This document shows positions 41,229-49,982 of a stretch of 64,000 nucleotides of DNA, piece by piece (the first letter of the stretch is position 1; every line of letters starts with the position of its first letter). The DNA is from Micavibrio sp. (GTDB taxonomy: Bacteria; Pseudomonadota; Alphaproteobacteria; Micavibrionales; Micavibrionaceae), in the NCBI GenBank assembly GCA_019634145.1, contig JAHQVU010000034.1, positions 1,254 through 65,253 on the forward strand, in the 5' to 3' direction. The notes beneath the pieces were generated by a model. That model had not been told where the DNA came from. It searched no databases and saw only the letters and a program-made list of their open reading frames with translations. The position numbers and the translations under genes were made by a program.

Positions 41229-42626
41229 TCAGGTTTTAAGAAACAGTTGCATTAAGTCATTCAAATTTGCAAAAGCCATAATACCGACCAAGAACACAAG
41301 CCCAACGCGGAAAGCGTATTCCTGAACACGCTCGGACACAGGACGGCGCATTACAGCTTCAATCGCATAGAACACCAAGTGCCCACCATCAAGCATCGGG
41401 ATCGGGAACAAATTTATAAGACCGAGGTTAATCGACAAAAGCGCCATAAACATGATAAGCGCAACTAAACCTTGCTTAGCCATATCACCGGCCAAAGCGC
41501 CAATGCGTATAACACCACCAAGCTCCGTAGCACTACGAGTTCCGGTAATCATTTGCCCCAAAGCCTCAACAGTACCACGCGTTACGACCCAACTCTGGTT
41601 AATTGCCTCCCCCATTGCACGGATCGGTGTGTGTTTAACAAACACATTCCCCTCCTCAGGGCTCATAAATAAAATACCGTAACGCTCATCATCTTTGTTA
41701 AGGATATTTGCATTTGCATCAGCAAGTGGTGAAACCACAAATATGTCGGCCTCTTCCTCCTCGCCTTTATAAATCTCGATAGAAAATGTCTGCCCCATGC
41801 GATCACCCAAGGCAGCGAGTTTACCGTCAATATCATCCACATCATATGATTGACCATCAATGCCGGAAATCGTTGATACGCGAAGTGCGTGGCGAGGGCT
41901 AATTAAACCCAGCACTCCCCTGCTCTGCTTAAAGCCAAAACGATCGGTCGATGTAACAAGATCCGGTGAGGCATCAATTGATATTTCTTGGCCATCACGC
42001 TCCACATTGAAAGTAAGATCGGTATCAAGCGCGATCATCATTTCACGGCGAATGTCATTAAAGTCATAAACTTGCTTACCATCGATTGAAATAACTTTAT
42101 CCTGCGGCATAAAGCCTGCGCGCTCAGCAGCAGAGCCACCGACAACCGCACCGGCAATAGGAGGCGTTACAGGCTGCCCGTTTGTAGTGAAAAGCATAGT
42201 CAGCAAGATAAAGGCGAAAATATAATTAATAGCAGGCCCGGCAAAGACAATAGCAGCGCGCTTCCACACAGACTGCGCAAAGAAAGCCTGCTTTTTCTCA
42301 GCTTCAGTCATTTGACGAATAGTTTCACCATCAGCCACATTCTCATCATGCCCGGCACTGGCGGGATCAACATCACCATATAGCTTAACGTATCCGCCAA
42401 GAGGAATGAGCGCCATCTTCCAACGCGTCCCATTTTTATCATAACGCCCGAAAAGCTCGCGCCCGAAACCGATGGAGAAGGTTTCAACACGCACACCGCA
42501 CATACGTGCGACTATATAATGTCCCCACTCATGCACAAAGACAAGAATGCTCAAAACAATAATAAAGGCCAGAATATAAAAAGGGACGCCGCCACTCATC
42601 ATTGCAAATATTTCGGAAAAATTCAT
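41229..42626 (-). CDS. rseP: RIP zinc metalloprotease RseP (site-2 protease)
   Basis: 465 aa with HEWGH (HExxH), a PDZ region and NLFPIPMLDGGH. Confidence 0.94.
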   Translation of the reverse strand: MNFSEIFAMMSGGVPFYILAFIIVLSILVFVHEWGHYIVARMCGVRVETFSIGFGRELFGRYDKNGTRWKMALIPLGGYVKLYGDVDPASAGHDENVADGETIRQMTEAEKKQAFFAQSVWKRAAIVFAGPAINYIFAFILLTMLFTTNGQPVTPPIAGAVVGGSAAERAGFMPQDKVISIDGKQVYDFNDIRREMMIALDTDLTFNVERDGQEISIDASPDLVTSTDRFGFKQSRGVLGLISPRHALRVSTISGIDGQSYDVDDIDGKLAALGDRMGQTFSIEIYKGEEEEADIFVVSPLADANANILNKDDERYGILFMSPEEGNVFVKHTPIRAMGEAINQSWVVTRGTVEALGQMITGTRSATELGGVIRIGALAGDMAKQGLVALIMFMALLSINLGLINLFPIPMLDGGHLVFYAIEAVMRRPVSERVQEYAFRVGLVFLVGIMAFANLNDLMQLFLKT

Positions 42627-42640
42627 CTCTCATGTCACCT

Positions 42641-43804
42641 TTAATTTATAATTTTATCTATATAGAACGCAGCTTGCCTGCGGCAAATTTCATCTAATTC
42701 AATTGCATCATTAACACTCACAGGCGTGGGTGCATCCAGAGAATCCAGAACAGAGTTTATAGCTTTGGCAATATCAAGGAAACCGATTTTTTGCTTTAAG
42801 AATGCGCTAACAGCAATTTCATTGGCGGCATTGAGCGCAATTCGCGCCGCAAGCCCAGACTTAATTGCTTGATACGCAAGAGGAATAGCCGGAAACCTAT
42901 CATGATCGGGCGTGCTAAATTCAAGCTTAGAAAGCGCATGCAAATCAAGTCTCTTTCCCGGCGTTGGCATACGATCTGGCCACGAAAGCGCATAAGCAAT
43001 CGGTGTACGCATATCACTCGCCCCCATTTGGCTTAAAATACTGCCATCATTATATTCAACCATCGAATGAATAATAGATTGCGGGTGAATAATCACATCT
43101 ATTTGATCAGCGGGCATATTAAACAGCACGTGCGCCTCGATCACCTCCAGCGCCTTATTCATCATACTGGCACTATCAACCGAGATTTTTGCGCCCATGC
43201 ACCAATTCGGGTGGGCAACAGCCTGCTCTGGTGTTGCCGTCGCCATTTGCTTCAAAGTCCACTCCCTAAAAGGCCCACCCGATGCGGTCAATATAAGGCG
43301 GGTAATCGCACTACGGTTTTGCTCTTCGAAAACCTGAAACACAGCATTGTGCTCGCTATCAACGGGTAAGATTTTACACCCCGCATCATTGGCAGCCTTA
43401 AGAACAAAATCACCGGCCGCAACCAATGGCTCTTTATTGGCAATGGCCGCCACCTTAGAATGAGGGATCGCCGCCATCAAAGGCTCTAATCCCGCCATCC
43501 CGACAATCGCTGCCATAGTAATATCAACAGGAATAGCGGCTTTCTCTATTAAGGCCGAACGCCCGGCATACGCCTGAACACCGCTACCTTGCAATGCATC
43601 ACTCAAAGCGGAAAACTTGCTCTCATCTTCAATAACAGCAACTTTTGCACCTATTTTGCGCGCAATGTCGGCCAGCTCAACCACCCTTGAATGGGCGCTA
43701 ACCATTTGCACATTAAATCTCTCGGGTGCGGACATAATAACATCCACCGTACTTTGCCCAATAGATCCGGTCACCCCATGAATAGAAATAGCTTTCACAC
43801 TCAT
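42641..43804 (-). CDS. dxr: 1-deoxy-D-xylulose 5-phosphate reductoisomerase
   Basis: 387 aa (GVTGSIGQST, LPVDSEHNA, HPNWCMG). Confidence 0.96.
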   Translation of the reverse strand: MSVKAISIHGVTGSIGQSTVDVIMSAPERFNVQMVSAHSRVVELADIARKIGAKVAVIEDESKFSALSDALQGSGVQAYAGRSALIEKAAIPVDITMAAIVGMAGLEPLMAAIPHSKVAAIANKEPLVAAGDFVLKAANDAGCKILPVDSEHNAVFQVFEEQNRSAITRLILTASGGPFREWTLKQMATATPEQAVAHPNWCMGAKISVDSASMMNKALEVIEAHVLFNMPADQIDVIIHPQSIIHSMVEYNDGSILSQMGASDMRTPIAYALSWPDRMPTPGKRLDLHALSKLEFSTPDHDRFPAIPLAYQAIKSGLAARIALNAANEIAVSAFLKQKIGFLDIAKAINSVLDSLDAPTPVSVNDAIELDEICRRQAAFYIDKIIN

Positions 43805-44487
43805 CTAATTGAAACCAGTAAAAACAATGATGTCAGCAAAATATAGAAGAATGGCGTTACAAGCAGCAAGGAATCTATACGATCCAAAATCCCGCCATGA
43901 CCGGGTATCAACGCGCCCGTATCCTTCACTTTCGCTTTGCGCTTCATAAAAGACATAAGTAAATCACCGGCCTGCCCCAGCAATCCTATGATCACACCAA
44001 TAACCAAAAGAAGACCAAGAAAGAACGGTTTTAAAACAACAAAACCTTCCATGTTCAGCGCAAATAAAAGCACGACAAGCGATGGACATAAAACCGCGCC
44101 CGCTAAACCAGCCCACGTTTTATTAGGACTAATTTGCGGAATGAGTTTTGGGCCACCAATCAATTTGCCGAAAAAATAAGCCCCAATATCACTTGCCCAA
44201 ACCATAAACAACAGCAGCAACATATGCTCCACCCCAAGCTCACGCAAAAGATGAAAGCTGTAATAAGACGTCGACATATAAATTATCCCAAGGATAAGCG
44301 CTAGATTTACGCTACTTGGCAGTTTTTTTACAAGCCCATACCACTCATAAATTGAAAGAAAAAATGCCGCAAAAAGCAAAAGCATAAATGGCCAATTGCC
44401 AAACCATACCAGAGTTAAAAAAACAGGAGCCATTACAAGAACAGAAAGAATCCGTTTTTGTAAACTGCCTTTTCTGCTGATATCCAT
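43801..44487 (-). CDS. cdsA: Phosphatidate cytidylyltransferase
   Basis: 228 aa with the signature SFMKRKAKVKDTGALIPGHGGILDRIDS. It overlaps the dxr start by 4 nt. Confidence 0.93.
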   Translation of the reverse strand: MDISRKGSLQKRILSVLVMAPVFLTLVWFGNWPFMLLLFAAFFLSIYEWYGLVKKLPSSVNLALILGIIYMSTSYYSFHLLRELGVEHMLLLLFMVWASDIGAYFFGKLIGGPKLIPQISPNKTWAGLAGAVLCPSLVVLLFALNMEGFVVLKPFFLGLLLVIGVIIGLLGQAGDLLMSFMKRKAKVKDTGALIPGHGGILDRIDSLLLVTPFFYILLTSLFLLVSIR

Positions 44488-44492
44488 TTACA

Positions 44493-45233
44493 CTAAACCC
44501 TTTCAGCAGACGATGTTAGACCGCCAAAGCGTCTATCTCGCTTTGCAAACGCAGAAAGAGCCTCATCAAGATCGGCCTTACCAAAATCAGGCCACAAGGT
44601 CTCCGTAAAGAAAAACTCCGCATAAGAGCACTGCCATAGCAAAAAATTGCTAATGCGATGCTCGCCACTTGTACGCACCATCAAATCAGGCTCGGGCATA
44701 CCGGCAGTAAATAAATGTGCCGCAAATTGGTTTTCAATTTCCTGCGCGGAAGGCACAGTTCCATTCTCAAGCGCAGCCCTTGCGATGCGCTGAGTAGCCT
44801 GCGCTATATCATGACGCCCGCCATAGTTGAGCGCAATAACAACAGTAATCCCGTCATTATTCTCGGTCAGCTTTTCGGCATTTTTTATAAGTTGGATAAT
44901 ATCAGCATCAAAAGCGCTACGGTCACCGATAACCCGAAGACGTGCATTATTTTTATGGAGCTCCGCCGTTTCACTACGCAAATAATAGCGTAAGAGCTTC
45001 ATCAGCTCTTGAATTTCATCCTTCGGACGCTTCCAGTTTTCAGAAGAAAAGCCGAATAAAGTGATATATTGAATGCCCGCATCAGCCGCAAGTTGGGTTA
45101 CACGACGCGCAGCCTCGGCACCCTGCTTATGTCCGGCAATGCGCGGCAAACTGCGCTTCTTTGCCCAACGACCATTACCATCCATAATGAACGCCACATG
45201 TTCAGGCACGTTTTTCTCAAAGGAATCAGACAT
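44493..45233 (-). CDS. uppS: Undecaprenyl diphosphate synthase
   Basis: 246 aa (HVAFIMDGNGRWA, RTSGEHRISNFLLWQ). Confidence 0.96.
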   Translation of the reverse strand: MSDSFEKNVPEHVAFIMDGNGRWAKKRSLPRIAGHKQGAEAARRVTQLAADAGIQYITLFGFSSENWKRPKDEIQELMKLLRYYLRSETAELHKNNARLRVIGDRSAFDADIIQLIKNAEKLTENNDGITVVIALNYGGRHDIAQATQRIARAALENGTVPSAQEIENQFAAHLFTAGMPEPDLMVRTSGEHRISNFLLWQCSYAEFFFTETLWPDFGKADLDEALSAFAKRDRRFGGLTSSAERV

Positions 45234-45247
45234 AATGACTTACCACC

Positions 45248-45790
45248 CTAAACCGTCATAATGTCTTTTTCTTTATCCGCAAGCATTTGATCAATGCTTT
45301 TAATCGTATCATCAGTAAGCTTTTGTACCTCAGCTTCTAATCGCTTTGCTTCATCTTCGGGCAAATCAGCCTTCTTGATGGTATCCATACCATCACGGCG
45401 AACATTGCGTACAGAAATACGAGAAGATTCGGCATATTTACCCGCAACTTTCGTCAGTTCTGCGCGACGCTCTTCATTTAAATCGGGAATAGGAATGCGG
45501 ATGTTACTCCCTTCAGGCATAGGGTTTAAGCCCAGACCAGCATCACGGATCGCCTTCTCAACCGCCTTAACGTTACCGCTATCCCAAACCTGAACGGTAA
45601 GCATACGCGGCTCGGGCACACTCACGGTCCCAATCTGGTTCAATGGCATTTTAGAGCCATAAACATCAACACTCACGGGATCAAGCAAGCTGGCAGAAGC
45701 ACGTCCTGTTCGCAAACCGGAAAATTCCTTATGTAGTGTATCCACCGCGCCATCCATACGGCGCTTAATGTCATTCTTATCATAAGTCAT
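45248..45790 (-). CDS. frr: Ribosome recycling factor
   Basis: 180 aa ([23 protein letters not shown]). Confidence 0.96.
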   Translation of the reverse strand: MTYDKNDIKRRMDGAVDTLHKEFSGLRTGRASASLLDPVSVDVYGSKMPLNQIGTVSVPEPRMLTVQVWDSGNVKAVEKAIRDAGLGLNPMPEGSNIRIPIPDLNEERRAELTKVAGKYAESSRISVRNVRRDGMDTIKKADLPEDEAKRLEAEVQKLTDDTIKSIDQMLADKEKDIMTV

Positions 45791-45814
45791 TGTGTTAATC
45801 CTCTCTCAATAAGC

Positions 45815-46570
45815 TTAGTTCGTCACGGTTGTAAATGTGCCCTGCCCTTTGGCAACACGGGCAAAATTGCCTTTTTCCTTAACGTCAAAAACAATGATAG
45901 GTATATCATTTTCACGTGCGAGTGAAATCGCCGTTGCATCCATTACTTTTAAATCCTTAGTCAAACAATCAATGAAGCTAATACGATCAAAACGCTTCGC
46001 TTCAGGATTTTTGTTCGGATCACTATCATAAACGCCATCAACCTTGGTTGCCTTAAAGATCGCATCGCAATCCATTTCAGATGCACGCAATGCACCGGCA
46101 GTATCAGATGTAAAATAAGGGTTTCCAGTACCGGCGGCAAATATAACAACGCGCCCTTTTTGCATATGACGCACCGCCTTACGGCGAATATATGGCTCAC
46201 ATATAGAATCCATCCTAATACCTGATTGAACACGCGTTTGAATACCCATATTCTCAAGCGCATTTTGCAGCGCGAGCGCATTGATAACAATCCCCAACAT
46301 CCCCATATAATCAGCCGTTGTTCGATCCATACCAGACGCCGCGCCTGATACGCCACGAAATATGTTACCAGCCCCGACCACAACACATACTTCGGTGCCG
46401 GTATCAACAACTTCCTTAATATCCTGCGCAATACGCTCGACCACAGCCGGATCAAGGCCATAATCTTTTTCCCCCATTAAAACTTCACCCGACATTTTCA
46501 GCATAATACGATTGAAGGTCTTTGGTTGCATTGGTGTGTCTACTGCAGGGTTTGACATCTCTGTTCTCAT
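45815..46570 (-). CDS. pyrH: UMP kinase
   Basis: Motifs LKMSGE and [10 protein letters not shown]. The start could instead be the second ATG at 46558. Confidence 0.95.
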   Translation of the reverse strand: MRTEMSNPAVDTPMQPKTFNRIMLKMSGEVLMGEKDYGLDPAVVERIAQDIKEVVDTGTEVCVVVGAGNIFRGVSGAASGMDRTTADYMGMLGIVINALALQNALENMGIQTRVQSGIRMDSICEPYIRRKAVRHMQKGRVVIFAAGTGNPYFTSDTAGALRASEMDCDAIFKATKVDGVYDSDPNKNPEAKRFDRISFIDCLTKDLKVMDATAISLARENDIPIIVFDVKEKGNFARVAKGQGTFTTVTN

Positions 46571-46657
46571 AAATCGGAATTAATTTTAGCCAATATAAAG
46601 ACTGCATACAGTATATGCAATGAAGCTATTTCATATTTTACAAATAAATATGGTCTC

Positions 46658-46688
46658 AAAAAAAAACGGCGAGCCATCGACCCGCCGC
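46658..46688 (-). terminator. Rho-independent terminator after tsf
   Basis: A GC stem (cggcg 46667-46671 / cgccg 46683-46687) is followed on the minus strand by a T9 run (plus-strand A-run 46658-46666). Confidence 0.6.
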
Positions 46689-46713
46689 ATTTAATAATAC
46701 CAATGATTAATTT

Positions 46714-47631
46714 TTAACCATGAGCGACTTTGGATACCTCAGCAGCGAAATCTTCTTCTTCGCGCTCAATCCCTTCACCTAGCTGATAGCGTGCATAAGC
46801 AACCAGCTTAATTTCAGAGCCTGCTTCTTTACCTGCATTCGCCAAAACGTCTGAAATTTTGGTTTCGCCATCCATTACAAATGTCTGATCTAAAAGGCAA
46901 ACTTCTTCATAGAATTTGCGCATACGGCCTTCCACCATCTTCTTGGCAATCTCTTCCGGCTTACCTTCACCCATTGCTTGCTCGATCAAAAATGCGCGCT
47001 CTTTTTCGGCTGCATCTGCATCAACGGAGTTACGATCAAGATATTTAGGAAATGCAGCTGCAACATGCATTGCAACTTTCTTACCGACTTCTTGCAAAGT
47101 GGATTCTGGTGCAGAGGACTCAAGCGCCACAAGAACACCGATTTTTCCAAGACCTTCAGCCAATGCCCCGTGAACGTAAGAAACAACAGCACCTTCAGAC
47201 ACCTCCAATGTTTCGCTACGACGAAGACTCATATTCTCGCCAATTTTTGCAATTAAATCAGTAAGTTTGTCTTTTACTGGCTTGCCATCAAAATCAACTG
47301 CTGCCAATTCTTCCGTTGAAGATGTGTCCATAGCCTTCTCAGCAACACTCTTAACAAAGCCTTGGAACTCTTCGTTACGGCTAACGAAATCTGTTTCCGC
47401 GTTAAGCTCAACAACCGCGCCTTTATTACCTTCAGTCACAACCGCAACCAAACCTTCAGCCGCTGTACGTGATGATTTTTTATCAGCTTTCGCCATACCT
47501 TTTTTGCGCAACCCTTCAACAGCCGCGTCCATATCGCCATTTGCTTCTGTCAGCGCTTTTTTAGCATCCATCATGCCCGCACCCGTTAGCTCGCGAAGTT
47601 CTTTAATTTTTGCTGTCGTAATTTCAGCCAT
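46714..47631 (-). CDS. tsf: Translation elongation factor Ts
   Basis: 305 aa (KIKELRELTGAGMMDAKKAL). Confidence 0.97.
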   Translation of the reverse strand: MAEITTAKIKELRELTGAGMMDAKKALTEANGDMDAAVEGLRKKGMAKADKKSSRTAAEGLVAVVTEGNKGAVVELNAETDFVSRNEEFQGFVKSVAEKAMDTSSTEELAAVDFDGKPVKDKLTDLIAKIGENMSLRRSETLEVSEGAVVSYVHGALAEGLGKIGVLVALESSAPESTLQEVGKKVAMHVAAAFPKYLDRNSVDADAAEKERAFLIEQAMGEGKPEEIAKKMVEGRMRKFYEEVCLLDQTFVMDGETKISDVLANAGKEAGSEIKLVAYARYQLGEGIEREEEDFAAEVSKVAHG

Positions 47632-47666
47632 TTTTCCGTTCCTTTCTAGAGATTGTTCTTAAAGCA

Positions 47667-47690
47667 TTTTCCCCGCATCAACGGGGAAAA
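47667..47690 (-). promoter_or_regulatory. Intercistronic rpsB-tsf hairpin (possible attenuator or processing site)
   Basis: A perfect 9-bp stem, ttttccccg (47667-47675) / cggggaaaa (47682-47690), with loop catcaa. There is only a weak T-tract downstream on the minus strand. Confidence 0.45.
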
Positions 47691-47710
47691 GCCTGAATAA
47701 TTATGATAAA

Positions 47711-48550
47711 TTAGTTAGAAGCTGCTTTTTTTGTCTCAGCAGTTTTCTGCGCCGCTTCACCAGGTGTTGGCACCTTTTCTTCCTCAACCTTAGCTTTTGG
47801 AGGAAGCTTCACAGATGCATTTGCATCCGCGCCAAAGTCACGCTTGCTCTTGCCCATTTCAGCCTGAAGACCATCAAGGACAGCATCGGCAAAAAGGTTA
47901 CAATAAAGGTCAATCGCACGTAGCGCATCATCATTACCAGGAATAACGTAATCAACACCATCTGGCTCAGAGTTTGTGTCAACAACAGCAAAAACAGGGA
48001 TGCCAAGCTTGTTGGCTTCTTTAATCGCAATGTCTTCCATCGAAGTATCAATCACAAAAATCGCATCCGGCTTACCGCCCATATCCTTGATACCACCGAT
48101 AGAAAGCTCTAGCTTGTCACGCTCTCGTGTCATCATCAGCAATTCTTTTTTTGTACGAAGCTCACGCTGTGCATCGTCTTTCAAAATAGCATCAAGATCG
48201 CGGAAACGATTAATTGAACCTGTAATTGTCTGCCAGTTTGTCAGCATTCCACCCAACCAACGGTGATTAACATAGTACTGACCACAACGCTTTGCGCTTT
48301 CTGCAATTTTATCCTGCGCCTGACGTTTTGTACCCACGAACAAAACGCGGCCACCTTTTGCAACGATGTCACGCATAGATTTCAGCGCTTCATTAAGCAT
48401 TGGTGTTGTTTGCTGTAGGTCGATAATGTGAACACCATTACGAACACCGAAGATGTATTCGCGCATTTTAGGGTTCCAGCGGCGTGTGTGGTGACCAAAG
48501 TGAGCGCCTGCTTCCATAAGTTGACGCATGTTGAATTCTGGCATAGCCAT
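47711..48550 (-). CDS. rpsB: 30S ribosomal protein S2
   Basis: 279 aa ([15 protein letters not shown]) with a charged C-terminal extension. Confidence 0.97.
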   Translation of the reverse strand: MAMPEFNMRQLMEAGAHFGHHTRRWNPKMREYIFGVRNGVHIIDLQQTTPMLNEALKSMRDIVAKGGRVLFVGTKRQAQDKIAESAKRCGQYYVNHRWLGGMLTNWQTITGSINRFRDLDAILKDDAQRELRTKKELLMMTRERDKLELSIGGIKDMGGKPDAIFVIDTSMEDIAIKEANKLGIPVFAVVDTNSEPDGVDYVIPGNDDALRAIDLYCNLFADAVLDGLQAEMGKSKRDFGADANASVKLPPKAKVEEEKVPTPGEAAQKTAETKKAASN

Positions 48551-48682
48551 GATTTTTTCTCCTATATGATGTACGAGATTGCCCGCACGTTCCAGTTATG
48601 TCCTCTGCAGGCCTTGGCTTCAAAAGAAACACTGGGTAAGAAATCCTGCATGTGATTTTCGCTAACCACTAGCGATGCGGGA

Positions 48683-48711
48683 TTTATACGGCGGTTTTAA
48701 AGGGATTGCAA
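48683..48711 (-). promoter_or_regulatory. Putative sigma-70 promoter of rpsB-tsf
   Basis: On the minus strand: TTGCAA (48711-48706), a 17-nt spacer, then TATAAA (48688-48683). This implies a 5' UTR of about 125 nt. Confidence 0.55.
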
Positions 48712-48732
48712 GAAAAAATTCTACGCCATATC

Positions 48733-49932
48733 TTAAATCTGCGGTTCAGCCCTAATAGATTTAAAGCGTGGCGCCTTAGCGAAATCTGTTGCGTCTATAT
48801 TTATTATATTATTCGGTTTAATCAATATGTCCAAAAACTTTTGCAATTTAACAGATTTATCGAGGTCGCATAAAGCGTCTTGCCCTGCAAGTGCTCTTTG
48901 ATAATAAAGAGATAGCTTATCTGTTTCTCCTGTCAAAACTTCGTCTTTGACGTTCCAGCTTTCGCCCCCAGGTTCGCGCTCTGCATACGTAAGGCGATCT
49001 GTATATTTCCCGTCTGCGCCCCTCTCATCAAAGTTAAGTTCATAAGCGAAAGCATTCTCGGGATTAGCACACGACCTGAATTCAAACTGAACGCGGCGCG
49101 CTTGATCGGCCCATGCGAAGCTGCCTACAAGCGAGAACGGGACGCCATCAATCTCTCCCTCGGCGTCTAAGCTATGAATCACATTTCCTGTATCTGAAGC
49201 ATTTTCCGCTAAGAATCCATAAAATCCTTTGCTGCAGGTTACTTCAATTTTACCTTTAGCATTGCGCGCCATAATTTCTAACGCATGAACCAAATCCATT
49301 CCCGCCCAACCATTGGTCGCCGGGCGCGTGTCGTTCATACGGTTCTTGCCGTAACTACAAATAATTTTAGAAAGCTGAGCATCCTTGGGCATACCTGCTG
49401 CATGTTCATTGAACTCCTCCCAAATAGGCGAATACATCAAGACCGAATTCATGTGAAAGTCGATAGAATGCGCGCGTATAATCTCCTGAACATTTTGTGT
49501 TTCTTCTAGGTTTACGCCAAAAGGCTTCTCCTGCATGATGGTCGATATATACGGCACGCCATTATCATTTCGAGCTGATAGCGCCACTTCTAAAACCTGA
49601 ATATGCGCGGTTGTTGTTGATGTATTACAAAGGGTGTTGATGCCATCACGCTTAATGAGAGCCCGCACACCATCATCATCATCCAGAACGGTTATTTTTG
49701 CCAACTCATCTTGAGACAGTTGAGAATACGCACTCATGGCGGCTTCATTTGCTTCTGAACGCCACCAATACACAGGGATGTTTTGATCGCTCCATTGAAG
49801 AAGTTTTTGCGGGTCTGGATCAATAATCGCTTTCAGAGAAAAACGATCAGAACTTAGCTCTTGCAAAGTCTTTATATGAGCAGACCCAAATTTCCCTGCG
49901 CCAAAAACGGCTATGTTATTTTTTTCAGACAT
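48733..49932 (-). CDS. Divergent Gfo/Idh/MocA-family NAD(P)-dependent oxidoreductase
   Basis: 399 aa with an N-terminal Rossmann motif (IAVFGAGKFGSAH) and the family EKP motif (MQEKPFGV), plus a long insertion between them. Confidence 0.65.
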   Translation of the reverse strand: MSEKNNIAVFGAGKFGSAHIKTLQELSSDRFSLKAIIDPDPQKLLQWSDQNIPVYWWRSEANEAAMSAYSQLSQDELAKITVLDDDDGVRALIKRDGINTLCNTSTTTAHIQVLEVALSARNDNGVPYISTIMQEKPFGVNLEETQNVQEIIRAHSIDFHMNSVLMYSPIWEEFNEHAAGMPKDAQLSKIICSYGKNRMNDTRPATNGWAGMDLVHALEIMARNAKGKIEVTCSKGFYGFLAENASDTGNVIHSLDAEGEIDGVPFSLVGSFAWADQARRVQFEFRSCANPENAFAYELNFDERGADGKYTDRLTYAEREPGGESWNVKDEVLTGETDKLSLYYQRALAGQDALCDLDKSVKLQKFLDILIKPNNIINIDATDFAKAPRFKSIRAEPQI

Positions 49933-49938
49933 GGTGGG

Positions 49939-49967
49939 AACATAATGAAGTGAGATATTTATGTCAA
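49939..49967 (-). promoter_or_regulatory. Promoter-like element placing the TSS at or next to the ATG of the Gfo/Idh/MocA-like gene (leaderless candidate)
   Basis: On the minus strand: TTGACA (49967-49962), a 17-nt spacer, TATGTT (49944-49939), then CCCACC and ATG (49932). There is no Shine-Dalgarno. Confidence 0.45.
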
Positions 49968-49982
49968 GAGGGGCAGTGTTTA

